Source: Bugula neritina (lineage: Eukaryota; Animalia; Bryozoa). Taken from it: 64,000 nt of DNA. This document shows positions 1 to 12,300 of this stretch, one piece after another. Below the pieces are notes generated by a model. The model was not told the origin of the DNA. It saw only the letters and a list, made by a program, of their open reading frames with translations, and made no database searches. A program made the position numbers and the translations under genes. Position 1 is the stretch's first letter, and every line of letters starts with the position of its first letter. The stretch covers positions 383,628-447,627 of the forward strand of contig OZ037771.1 in NCBI GenBank assembly GCA_964035545.1, given 5' to 3'.

Positions 1-311
1 TCATGAATCTATAAATAGATTTAATTTGTTAGAATTAAGTATATTGTTACTCTGGTAAATAATGGGTAAAGGAAGTTACATCATTAGAGTCAGCTGACAG
101 GCAGGGCTGCTGGTAATTATGTAATAATCAGGTGTGAAACTTTCCCTCACTTTCTTAGCTGTTACTAGGGCTTTAATTAACTCAATAAAAGCGGTTACCA
201 AGAGAACTCTTCCATAAACAGCTTGCAACTCGGCAAATAGTACCTAAATACATGCACTACAGACTAGAATACAACTGTCACATCAATTACCAGGAAATAT
301 TAAATACTCAC

Positions 312-2801
312 GATTTCTGCTTCAATACTTTTCCTTTTCTCTGCTCTGCAAGGAGTTTTCCTAGAGAGATCAGCTTTGAATTCTTTAAGAGGCAGTGAAG
401 TGTCGCTGTCTAAGGCATCCATCAGGTGCTGAATGTAACTACAGGCAGCAAACAACAGGACTTTGTAACCACTCTCTACCAGTGTGTAACCACTTTCTAC
501 CAGTGTGTAACCACTCTCTACCAGGGTGTAACCACTCTCTAGCAGTGTGTAACCACTCTCTACCAGTGTGTAACCACTCTCTACCAGTGTGTAACCACTC
601 TCTACTACTAATACTAAAAGCTGCCATATTATCTAGAGACTCACCCACATGCCAGACGTAAAGTTTTGATTTTGGACAGTTTGGTATCCTTAGGGACATT
701 GGGGATACAATCTCGAAGGTTAGAGAAAGCTCCATTTATGCTGATAGTCCTCCTACGCTCCTTTTTGCTGCTGGTACCACTTCTTTTCTTCCCCTCTGTT
801 GATGTGTAGGAGTTATACACATTTCCTGTCAGCTGTAAAGTAAATATAAAACTAACTTGAAGTGACAATGAGAGATGAGACATACACATGGAGCTCTGTA
901 TACACGCCTACTCAGCTACAATTGTAATTTATTTCTGAGTTTAAAAAGCTTTTTAATTGGAAAATATAATACTATATTATACTACTACTACTACAAAATA
1001 TGATATTACAATAAAATATACTACTATATTATACTACTACTACAAAATATGATATTACAATAAAATATAATACTATATTATAGTACTACTACAAAAACAA
1101 ATAAAAGTATTTTTCAGTCACCTGTGAATAAAATGGATCAGTTGTGCTAGGCCAGTAACTAGCACTGTCATAGCTCCTAGGGCTAGGTGTGCCTGTAGAC
1201 GGGCTGGCAGTGGCGGTGTACCGACCTGGGAGAGGGGAGTAAGTGGGGTAACTGTAGTCTGCTACGTGTACAGAGTTGCCATAGCAATCCGAGAAGACAT
1301 TCTGTATACCTGTGACATTGTAATATATCCTGTGACATTGTAATATATACTGTGACATTGTAATATATACTGTGACATTGTAATATATACTGTGGCATTG
1401 TATTATATGCTGTGACGTAATATATACTACATACTGTGACATTGTAATATATACTGTGACATTGTAATATATACTGTGACATTGTAATATATACTGTGAC
1501 ATTGTATTATATCCTGTGACATTGTAATATATACTATACTGTGACATTGTAATATATCCTGTGACATTGTAATATATACTGTGACATTGTAATATATACT
1601 GTGACATTGTAATATATACTGTGACATTGTAATATATCCTGTGACATTGTAATATATACTGTGACATTGTAATATATACTGTGACATTGTATTATATACT
1701 GTGACATTGTAATATATACTGTGACATTGTAATATATCCTGTGACATTGTAATATATCCTGTGACATTGTAATATATACTGTGACATTGTAATATATACT
1801 GTGACATTGTATTATATACTGTGACATTGTAATATATAGTGTGACGTTGTAATATATACTACATACTGTGACATTGTAATATATCCTGTGACATTGTAAT
1901 ATATCCTGTGACATTGTAATATATCCTGTGACATTGTAATATATACTGTGGCATTGTATTATATACTGTGACATTGTAATATATACTGTGACATTGTAAT
2001 ATATACTGCTACATTGTAATATATACTGTGACCTTGTAATATATACTGTGACATTGTAATATATACTGTGACATTGTAATATATACTGCTACATTGTAAT
2101 ATATACTGTGACATTGTAATATATACTGCTACATTGTAATATATACTGTGACATTGTAATATATACTGCTACATTGTAATATATACTGTGGCATTGTAAT
2201 ATATACTGTGACATTGTATTATATACTGTGGCATTGTATTATATACTGTGACATTGTAATATATACTGTGACATTGTAATATATACTATACTGTAATATA
2301 TTGATACTGTATTAATATACTATACTAAGTTTGAAGTTCTCCATTGCAATTCTTTTAAAAAATAAATGTTGAAAGTGTGTTGATTTAAACTTGAAATAAT
2401 CTCAACACAAACTGATGAAATCAAATATTTAGAGTATTATAATAGTATATGAATTCTACAAACACATTTTGTCTAAAAATATAACATTTATAGCCAATGA
2501 AATGTTAGTCAACAGAAACCAAAATAGAATAATACAATATATAATATATTATATAATAATATAATATATAATAATATAATAATACAACATATAATATATT
2601 ATAATATAATAATACAATATATAATATGATATATGAATTATATGGACACGTTTAGAATCCTAAGTATAAGTTTGGTGAAGACTTACCATGATTGTGAGTC
2701 CAGGGGGAGGGAGAGGCAGCATGGGCAGCCACTGCTGCCGCACCTCCACCGCTGTGACTGTAGTAGGAGTGAGTGGAGTATATCGAGCTGCTGCAGTTCA
2801 T
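312..2801 (-). CDS. HAND: HAND-family bHLH transcription factor, 3'-partial; exons 2801-2687, 1309-1122, 832-645, 438-312, last exon beyond window start
   Basis: Spliced frame [14 protein letters not shown]...[50 protein letters not shown]...EFKADL matches the HAND bHLH signature. All junctions are GT-AG with consistent phases (1,0,2). Confidence 0.93.
464..605. repeat. 21-bp tandem repeat (GTGTGTAACCACTCTCTACCA) in HAND intron 3
   Basis: About 6-7 copies read directly. Confidence 0.95.
1310..2290. repeat. 20-bp minisatellite (TGTGACATTGTAATATATAC) in HAND intron 1; unit contains the acceptor CAG on the minus strand
   Basis: About 48 copies abutting the exon 2 acceptor at 1310. Confidence 0.95.
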
Positions 2802-3059
2802 TCTAACACAAGTCTGCTTGTCCTCAACTTCAAAATACAGAATTCCAGATCACAGGGGCAGCAGCAAAGGGAAGGCAGCAGTAGTAAAGCAGATATAAAG
2901 CAGATGAAGGTTGTGGCAGAACAGCTGAGGGGAGTAAACAAGCCAGTGCAATGTCCAGACTCCGAACTGAATGCAGGGCTGCTCTAACCATTCATTAAAA
3001 GTAAACAGATGGGGTAATAACTGCATTGATGCTGCCCGTGACCAACAGATAATACTCGG

Positions 3060-3105
3060 TTTCTGATTGGCTTATCTATTTATGACAAGCTGTGTGATTG
3101 GATAA
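3060..3105 (-). promoter_or_regulatory. Two CCAAT boxes upstream of HAND
   Basis: Minus strand AGCCAATCAG (about 3063-3072) and TCCAATCAC (about 3095-3103), roughly 270-300 bp upstream of the HAND ATG. Confidence 0.4.
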
Positions 3106-3504
3106 TATCAAGGAAATTGAATTTAACAAATAATAACCAAATTTTTCTTCCAATACAATTAAAAACAAAATATTTCTATAAAAAGTAGGAAAAATTTACA
3201 AAAATAAAGTGTGGAGTAACAAACGGCATTCGTGGAGTAAAATGCTGCCAGTTTAAAGTAGCTGCCTAGACAGCAGAGACAGCTTGTCTATTTTTAGCTT
3301 ACGCATACTCACTTTGTTTAGAAATTTGACCCCCTTTGCTTTCTTCTTATGTTTAGATGTAATTACATTAAAGGCTTTGATAAAATGGATTTGGAGTTAA
3401 CAATGTGGGACATTTAGTCACTGCTGCGTCTTTACTTTCCTTCATGTCTTCAGTGAGAGAGAAAACTTTAACTTATTACCCAACACCTGCAGGGAGACTT
3501 CTAG

Positions 3505-3775
3505 TGGAGAGAGACTGCAGGGAGAGACTGGAGGGAGAGACTGGAGGGAGAGAGACTGGAGGGGGAGAAACTGGAGGGAGAGAGGCTGGAGGAAAAGACT
3601 GCAGAGAGAGAGACTGGAGGGAGAGACTGGAGGGAGAGAGACTGGAGGGAGAGACTGGAGAGAGAGAGACTGGAGGGAGAGACTGGAGGGAGAGACTGGA
3701 GGGAGAGACTGGAGGGAGAGACTGGAGGGAGAGACTGGAGGGAGAGAGACTGCAGGGAGAGACTGCAGAGAGAGA
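3505..3775. repeat. GA-rich polypurine repeat (GGAGGGAGAGACT)n
   Basis: 13-15 bp units, strongly purine-skewed. Confidence 0.9.
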
Positions 3776-4544
3776 AATAAGTAGATTTTCCCAATCAGCA
3801 GTACATAAAGCTATGAATTTAAAAGAAAGGCCATCTTATAAAATATAAACATTCATGTAGCTTTGGCTGGTAATTAGCATGTAGTTTCAGTGTGATCTCT
3901 TAGCCCTTCTCGTGTAGAGACATGAGTTGATGAATAAATGAAGTCATGGAGCACGCAGTGTGCAGTGTTTAGTGTCCACATGGTGTAGAAATATCCTCTC
4001 AGTCCAAACCTTCTGGAATAAAACTAGTCTGGAAGAGAAGTAACCATCAGAAGAATAATTCTGTTAAACTAAAACAAAGTTAGATTTATGTTTCATGGCA
4101 ACAAGCACTTCGGTTAGTAAGAACAGCAGCAGTAGCAGCAGCAGCAGTACAAACTAATCTTATGACAAGCCAACTCTTAATACATCTTAACTCACAGTGA
4201 CAGCTTTTATGACGAGTTTTCATGAATTGTGAAAGATTTCAAAGTACGAGTTGGTTAGATCTGGGAATTTGATACAAAATTTTATTACCAGCTAACATCT
4301 TAATTAAATAATAATTTCTTACAAACTAAAGCCAAATATTTTCTTGTAAACTCACTTTATTACTGGTTAGGAAATGCAACAGAATGTGATGTCACTTTAT
4401 AGAAGATTATTTTCTAAAATATTCACTACAATTAGATAGATATTGGTGTGAGAATTGAAGGTGTTTCACTGTATCCTGAAAAACTATTAATTTTAAACTT
4501 TAATTATGTTTACTTAATTTGAAGCTATGTGGATTAATAAACAG

Positions 4545-5200
4545 AATAATATATAATATAATAAACAAGGTAATATATAATATAATAAACAAGGTAATAT
4601 ATAACATAACAAACAAGGTAATATATAATATAATAAACAAGGTAATATATAATATAATAAACAAGGTAATATATAATATAACAAACAAGGTAATATATAA
4701 TATAATAAACAAGGTAATATATAATATAATAAACAAGGTAATATATAATATATAATAAACAAGGTAATATATAACATAACAAACAAGGTAATATATAATA
4801 TAATAAACAAGGTAATATATAATATAATAAACAAGGTAATATATAATATAACAAACAAGGTAATATATAACATAACAAACAAGGTAATATATAATATAAT
4901 AAACAAGGTAATATATAATATAATAAACAAGGTAATATATAATATAACAAACAAGGTAATATATAATATAATAAACAAGGTAATATATAATATAATAAAC
5001 AGGGTAATATATAATATAATAAACAAGGTAATATATAATATAACAAACAAGGTAATATATAACATAACAAACAAGGTAATATATAATATAATAAACAAGG
5101 TAATATATAATATAACAAACAAGGTAATATATAATATAACAAACAAGGTAATATATAATATAATAAACAAGGTAATATATAATATAATAAACATGGTAAT
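4545..5200. repeat. 24-bp minisatellite (AATAAACAAGGTAATATATAATAT)
   Basis: About 27 copies. Confidence 0.95.
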
Positions 5201-5774
5201 ATATATATATATATATAGAGTGAAGAGTGTGAAGTTTACTGGAATTGCATGGCGGCCAGGTAGCTATATTTAAAGTAAACAGTTTACACTAGGCAGACCT
5301 GCTTCAACCTTTTATAAGAACAACAATTTGTTAAGTGAGATAAATAAGCAGCCTGCGAATGAGGCAGTCCGTAGAGTCAGCAGAGTGAGTCGGCAGCATT
5401 TATACAAAGTAAGAGTAGGTCATATCATTTAACAACACAAAAGAACTTCTCATACTCTCCCAAACATTAGATGATTTTCTGTGGCCAACATTAAACAACC
5501 AGCAGCAACTTATTAACATGAAATACCACCAACACCCCTGTTAGTTTCACTCCCAGTGTATAATATACATAGCTGTACAATATAACTATATAATATAACT
5601 CTATATTATGTTTATATATATGTAGCCTATATATACAGTATATATATATATCATATAGCTATGAGCTAGCAAGAACAAGATCTCTATACAGTGTAGGCAT
5701 CACACAGCTCAATACTTTATGTTAATATGTCAACTATAATACACCATTCTTAGGACACTCACTAGAACGAAGTA

Positions 5775-6122
5775 ATATTTCTAGAGCTCAATGTAGTAAG
5801 TATAATATTTCTAGAGCTCAGTGTAGTAAGTATATTTCTAGAGCTCAGTGTAGTAAGTATATTTCTAGAGCTCAGTGTAGCCAGTATAATATTTCTAGAG
5901 CTCAGTGTAGTAAGTATATTTCTAGAGCTCAGTGTAGCAAGTATAATATTTCTAGAGCTCAGTGTAGTAAGTATATTTCTAGAGCTCAGTGTAGTCAGTA
6001 TAATATTTCTAGAGCTCAGAGTAGCCAGTATAATATTTCTAGAGCTCAGAGTAGCCAGTATAATATTTCTAGAGCTCAGTGTAGTAAGTATAATATTTCT
6101 AGAGCTCAGTGTAGTCAGTATA
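5775..6122. repeat. 27-30 bp minisatellite (ATTTCTAGAGCTCAGTGTAGTAAGTAT)
   Basis: About 12 copies. Confidence 0.95.
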
Positions 6123-8669
6123 ACAAAATAATGCTTCCAGAGGCATGTTTGTTATTGACAAGACTAAAGACTAACATTTGATGTGGTTAGTCTAATTGAG
6201 ATGTTACAACTACCCACAGAGCAAGGGCAGCAGCTGCCTCTATCCCAACCAACCACCACCTGGGGATGTTACATAACATGTGTCTGCTGCCCCTGCTAGG
6301 GAGTCTCCCACTTCTTTGCTCAGCCACGAAGTGTGCCCCAAACCACCTCGAAATTATGATTGCACTGAAAAACAATAATTTATTAAGATGTGTGCTGTGG
6401 AACATGATGGGGTTATTAATAGAAACCAGCTAGTGGACAGTTGATACGCCTAAATTGCACTAAGATCATATCCAACAGCTGAGATGAAACTTTAAAAAGG
6501 TGTTTATAGCTTTGATAAGTGCTGCCAAAATATTGACAGCGAGGCCTCTCTCTTTCTATGCTTATGAAGTTGGGGCCACTCTACAAACTAATGTCATCCC
6601 ATAATTCTCTGTCTAATAAAATATTTACTATTCTTTATTTCAAGGTCATTGCAATGTCAAAACCCCCTTCATAGTTTCCAGAATGCTTCCATAGTTCTTG
6701 ATGAACATAGGAATCCTAAAGGCAAAGTCCCCTTTTTGTGAAATATTTACACTTCAGGTTTCTTATTACCACCCAAGTACACATATTGGAAATTATTGAC
6801 TGACTGCAATTTCTTTTCACAAAACTTTAAATGAAAAGCATCATTGGATAAAAACCTTTCGGAATCCACCATGTTGGTTGTATGAAAAGTAACCAAAAGT
6901 CTACATTATAGTAAATATGTAAGGCAAAGAGAGTGGTTGAAACAGGATCAAAGAGAGAAATATCAAAGAGTGTAAGCAGCGAGAGCAACTGTTAGTTTAT
7001 TACCTTCTTACAACAAGAAGGTGCTGTACATGCAGAGGTGAGCTTATGAATGGACATCACAGAGTAATTAAAGTGAATTAACTTGGAGACAAGAATGCAT
7101 AATCCTGTCAGCGTGTGGAGACTGGAGTGATGACTGAGTGAGCGGCTAGTGGCAGCGTTTAGTGGCAGCATGACATGTTTGTAATATAGGTGCAGGACAA
7201 TATGACTGTAATATATGTGCATGACAATATAACTGTAATATAGGTGCATGACAATATGACTGTAATATAGCAGTAATAAGTTTCATGGTGTTTGGTACAG
7301 CGTATAAAATAAATTATCAATATAGATAATAAATAATTTCATGAGAAAATAATCATAACAGCAAATCTAAACTGATTTGAATCTAGAGCAATTAAAAATG
7401 ATATTTTAAGAGTTAAAATCAAAATCAAGTGCCAATCGAATGACAAAACACGAAGGATACGAATTCAGCAGAAAGTGTTTACTAAGTGAAGTTTCCGTTG
7501 ACTATTATAGTTAAGGGTGAGTCACCCACACAGAAATACTGACAAAACTATTGGAGTGCGGAGATAAGAGTGCACTTGATGACCGGCATCATGACGAAAG
7601 CAGCGGCACAAGAGAGAGAAAATAGCTGATGCAATAGCGCAGTGAATGTATAGTGTAGTAATTATATGGCAGCCTTGCTGGCAGCTTATTGGGCTCTGTT
7701 AATCTATTTTATGTGCTAAAAAATCTTCTTAAATTCTTTTCTGGATAACAGAAAAAGTTTTTATGGAGAAGAATGAAGTTTTATGGAGGCAAACGGGTTT
7801 GAAAGGGAATCATCAAATTCTCCAGATCCTCTTGGAAATTGAATTAGAGGGAAATTGGCAGCTATAAAATATGTAATCGTGCTGCTAATATGAAAGGGAG
7901 AATGAACTTATTCAAGTTAATGATATTGATAGATGAATTCAGGATTATAGCCTTGAATTTGAGTAGAAGTGAAGATGCTAAGCATACTGCTTGTTTGTAC
8001 TGGGTAGGAAGAAGGATAATATAATTACAGCTCTGTCTTGTGTCAATGACCAACTCATGTAGAATATCCACTTCTAACAAACAACATGCAAACAGAATAA
8101 AGTGGAATATAGCAAGCGTTATGTAATCATCAGGAAAGTTAATTTAATAGACCACAAGCTTCCACCCCATTGGGGGCTGATGAGATTTTATATTGCATGT
8201 CATATCATATCATAAATTATATTGTATGTTATATCATATCATCAATTATATTGTATATTTTATCATCTCAATTATTAAGTTGCCTAAACATATTCTTACA
8301 AAATATTAGTTTACTTTAACAAATGAAGTAATAAACCAATAAAATGTTTCTCCATTACTTATTCTTAATTATATGGTATGTTGTATCATATCATTTTAAT
8401 ATATTATTGTAGATTATCCTGTATCTTACATCATTGCATTATTCATATTGGATATTATATAACATGTTATAAAACACATATTAGTAATATAAGGGTATTA
8501 AAATATTTTACACACACTTTTTTAAAATTCAACCCAAATGCGTTTAATTATATAAAAAGTCAGAATTATTTTGCAGAGTTTTTTCTACGCATAAAGAGAA
8601 AGGAGAATATAAAAACAACTGTTACAAGTAGCGAGATGTGCTTAAGGAGCTATAATACTGTACTGTATA

Positions 8670-8892
8670 TAATGTGTATTGTATATATTGTATGTGTTGT
8701 ATATATTGTATGTATTGTATATATTGTATGTATTGTATATATTGTATATATTGTATATATTGTATATATTGTATGTATTGTATATATTGTATATATTGTA
8801 TGTATTGTATATATTGTATGTATTGCATATACTGTATGTATTGTATATATTGTATGTATTGTATATATTGTATGTATTGTATATATTGTATG
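8670..8892. repeat. 9/18-bp repeat (TATTGTATA/TATTGTATG)
   Basis: Read directly. Confidence 0.9.
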
Positions 8893-9318
8893 ATGAACCA
8901 TATATATGGCTAGTAATTCCATCAATAAATTAAGTTATTTGCTGGAGTAGAAAAAAGATATTGTCCCTATAATATAATTGTATATAAAAGAATTAAAACA
9001 GGGCAATAGATTGAGCACCAGGGTATTGTAAAATCACAAGAAAATATAAGTATATAATTAGTCAGTTTAACTATTGACTAAGGGCGTGTCACCAGTCTAT
9101 CTCTTCCCTCCAATCAGCAGAGAGTACCACAAATCACTCAACTAGAGAATCACCATGTACAGAGCTGCTGGGAGTAATAGTGTGAGGATAAATACCTGAA
9201 TACTTTGCAGGTAGGAAATACTACAGCGTATAGGGAGTTGTCATACACTTGACCTTAGGAGCTACACTAATAGAGTTGTCCACTCTTCTTTTGTATAATA
9301 CTTGTTGGGAGTTATCCT

Positions 9319-12300
9319 TCACATGTTGGGACTCGGTACAACGAGTAGATTAGAGCCACGGAGGACAGACAACCCCTTGTGAAGGTAGCAGACCTTGGAA
9401 TAGCCGAGTGCCACAAGTTTAGCCGCAAACTACAATAAGAGAACACATTACTCAGTCACTACATTACTCAGTCACTACATTACTCAGTCACCGCATTACT
9501 CAGTCACCGCATTACTCAGTCACTACATTACTCAGTCACCACATTACTCAGTCACCGCATTACTCAGTCACTACATTACTCAGCCACTACATTACTCAGT
9601 CACCACATTACTCAGTCACTACACTACTCAGTCACTACATTACTCAGTCACTACATTACTCAGTCACTGCATTACTCAGTCACTACATTACTCAGTCACT
9701 ACATTACTCAGTCACCACATTACTCAGTCACTACATTACTCAGCCACTACATTACTCAGTCACCGCATTACTCAGTCACTGCATTACTCAGTCACTACAT
9801 TACTCAGTCACTACATTACTCAGTCACTACATTACTCAGTCACTACATTACTCAGTCACTACATTACTCAGTCACTACATTACTCAGCCACTACATTACT
9901 CAGCCACTACATTACTCAGTCACTGCATTACTCAGTCACTGCATTACTCAGTCACTGCATTCCTCAGTCACTACATTACTCAGCCACCACATTACTCAGT
10001 CACCACATTACTCAGCCACTACATTACTCAGCCACTACATTACTCAGTCACTACACTACTCAGTCACTACATTACTCAGTCACTACATTACTCAGTCACT
10101 ACATTACTCAGCCACTACATTACTCAGCCACTACATTACCCAGTCACCGCATTACTCAGTCACCGCATTACTCAGTCACCGCATTACTCAGTCACCGCAT
10201 TACTCAGTCACTACATTACTCAGTCACTACATTACTCAGTCACTACATTACTCAGTCACTACATTACTCAGTCACTACATTACTCAGTCACCACATTACT
10301 CAGTCACCACATTACTCAGTCACCGCATTACTCAGTCACCGCATTACTCAGTCACCGCATTACTCAGTCACCGCATTACTCAGTCACCGCATTACTCAGT
10401 CACTACATTACTCAGTCACTACATTACTCAGCCACTACATTACTCAGTCACTACATTACTCAGTCACTACATTACTCAGTCACTACATTACTCAGTCACT
10501 ACATTACTCAGTCACTAGTCACTACACTACTCAGTCACTACATTACTCAGTCACTACACTACTCAGTCACTACATTACTCAGTCACTACATTACTCAGCC
10601 ACTACATTACTCAGTCACTACATTACTCAGTCACCACATTACTCAGTCACTACATTACTCAGCCACTACATTACTCAGCCACTACATTACTCAGTCACTG
10701 CATTACTCAGTCACTACATTACTCAGTCACTAGTCACTACACTACTCAGTCACTACATTACTCAGTCACTACACTACTCAGTCACTACATTACTCAGTCA
10801 CTACATTACCCAGTCACTACATTACTCAACCACTACATTACTCAGTCACTACATTACTCAGTCACTGCGGTGAGGGGCACAGAGTATAATCAGTCTAATC
10901 AGACCGATCAAATGATAGGAGTGTAATACAATGACCTCTAAGAGTGTGAACACAGACCTCTCCAGAGTGAGTGTTGTTTGAGTCCACAACTACTTTCACT
11001 TGGTACTTGTGATCATCGAGGAAGTCTTTCAGGTTGGGAGAGCAGATGTGACCGTCTTTGGAGAAGGAAGTCTCACAGGGAGAGTGAAGAGAATCTGGAA
11101 TTGTCCCCTTCTGATATCTGATGATGCGTTGAGGTAGTAGCGTGCTGACAAGTCACATTACTTGAGTAGTCAAGTAGTGCAAGTCACAATACTTGAGTAG
11201 TCAAGTAGTGCAAGTCACAATACTTGAGTAGTCAAGTAGTACAAGTCACAATACTTGAGTAGTCAAGTAGTACAAGTCACAATACTTGAGTAGTCAAGTA
11301 GTGCAAGTCACAATACTCGAGTAGTCAAGTAGTGCAAGTCACAATACTTGAGTAGTCAAGTAGTACAAGTCACAATACTTGAGTAGTCAAGTAGTACAAG
11401 TCACAATACTTGAGTAGTCAAGTAGTGCAAGTCACAATACTCGAGTAGTCAAGTAGTGCAAGTCACAATACTTGAGTAGAAGACAAAGGATACTCGTCAG
11501 TTGATCTGATGTCAATAACAATCAGCTTGGGTTTCCCTGGTCTCCAGTCAGCAGTTGGTGTGAGTATAGTCAGCATTTCATCAGCTGATATCTTCAGACA
11601 TCTCTGACCTTTCAACTCTGACAGCTGCAGAGGTTCAGCTGCCTAGAAAATATACTCTATAGTCTATATAGTCTATAACACTCTGTAGTCTAAAACACAC
11701 ACACAGGGCATATGAACTTGGCATTAGAGAGGAATAAGTCACTGAACTGAAACTATAGTTCAATGGGATATAGTAAGAGACTATTAGAAAGGATATAGTA
11801 ATAGACTATTAGAGGGGATATAGTAAGGGACTATTAGAGAGGATATAGTAATAGACTATTAGAGGGGATATAGTAAGGGACTATTAGAGAGGATATAGTA
11901 AGGGACTATTAGAGAGGATATAGTAACAGACTATTAGAGGGGATATAGTAATAGACTATTAGAGGGGATATAGTAAGGGACTATTAGAAAGGATATAGTA
12001 AGGGACTATTAGAGAGGATATAGTAAGGGACTATTAGAGAGGATATAGTAACAGACTATTAGAGGGGATATAGTAAGGGACTATTAGAGAGGATATAGTA
12101 AGGGACTATTAGAGAGGATATAGTAACAGACTATTAGAGGGGATATAGTAAGGGACTATTAGAGAGGATATAGTAAGGGACTATTAGAGAGGATATAGTA
12201 ATAGACTATTAGAGGGGATATAGTAAGGGACTATTAGAGAGGATATAGTAAGGGACTATTAGAGAGGATATAGTAACAGACTATTAGAGAGGATATAGTA

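Noticed and set aside
2688-2987. 99-aa plus-strand ORF
   Set aside because: Antisense to HAND exon 1 and its 5'UTR; no independent support.
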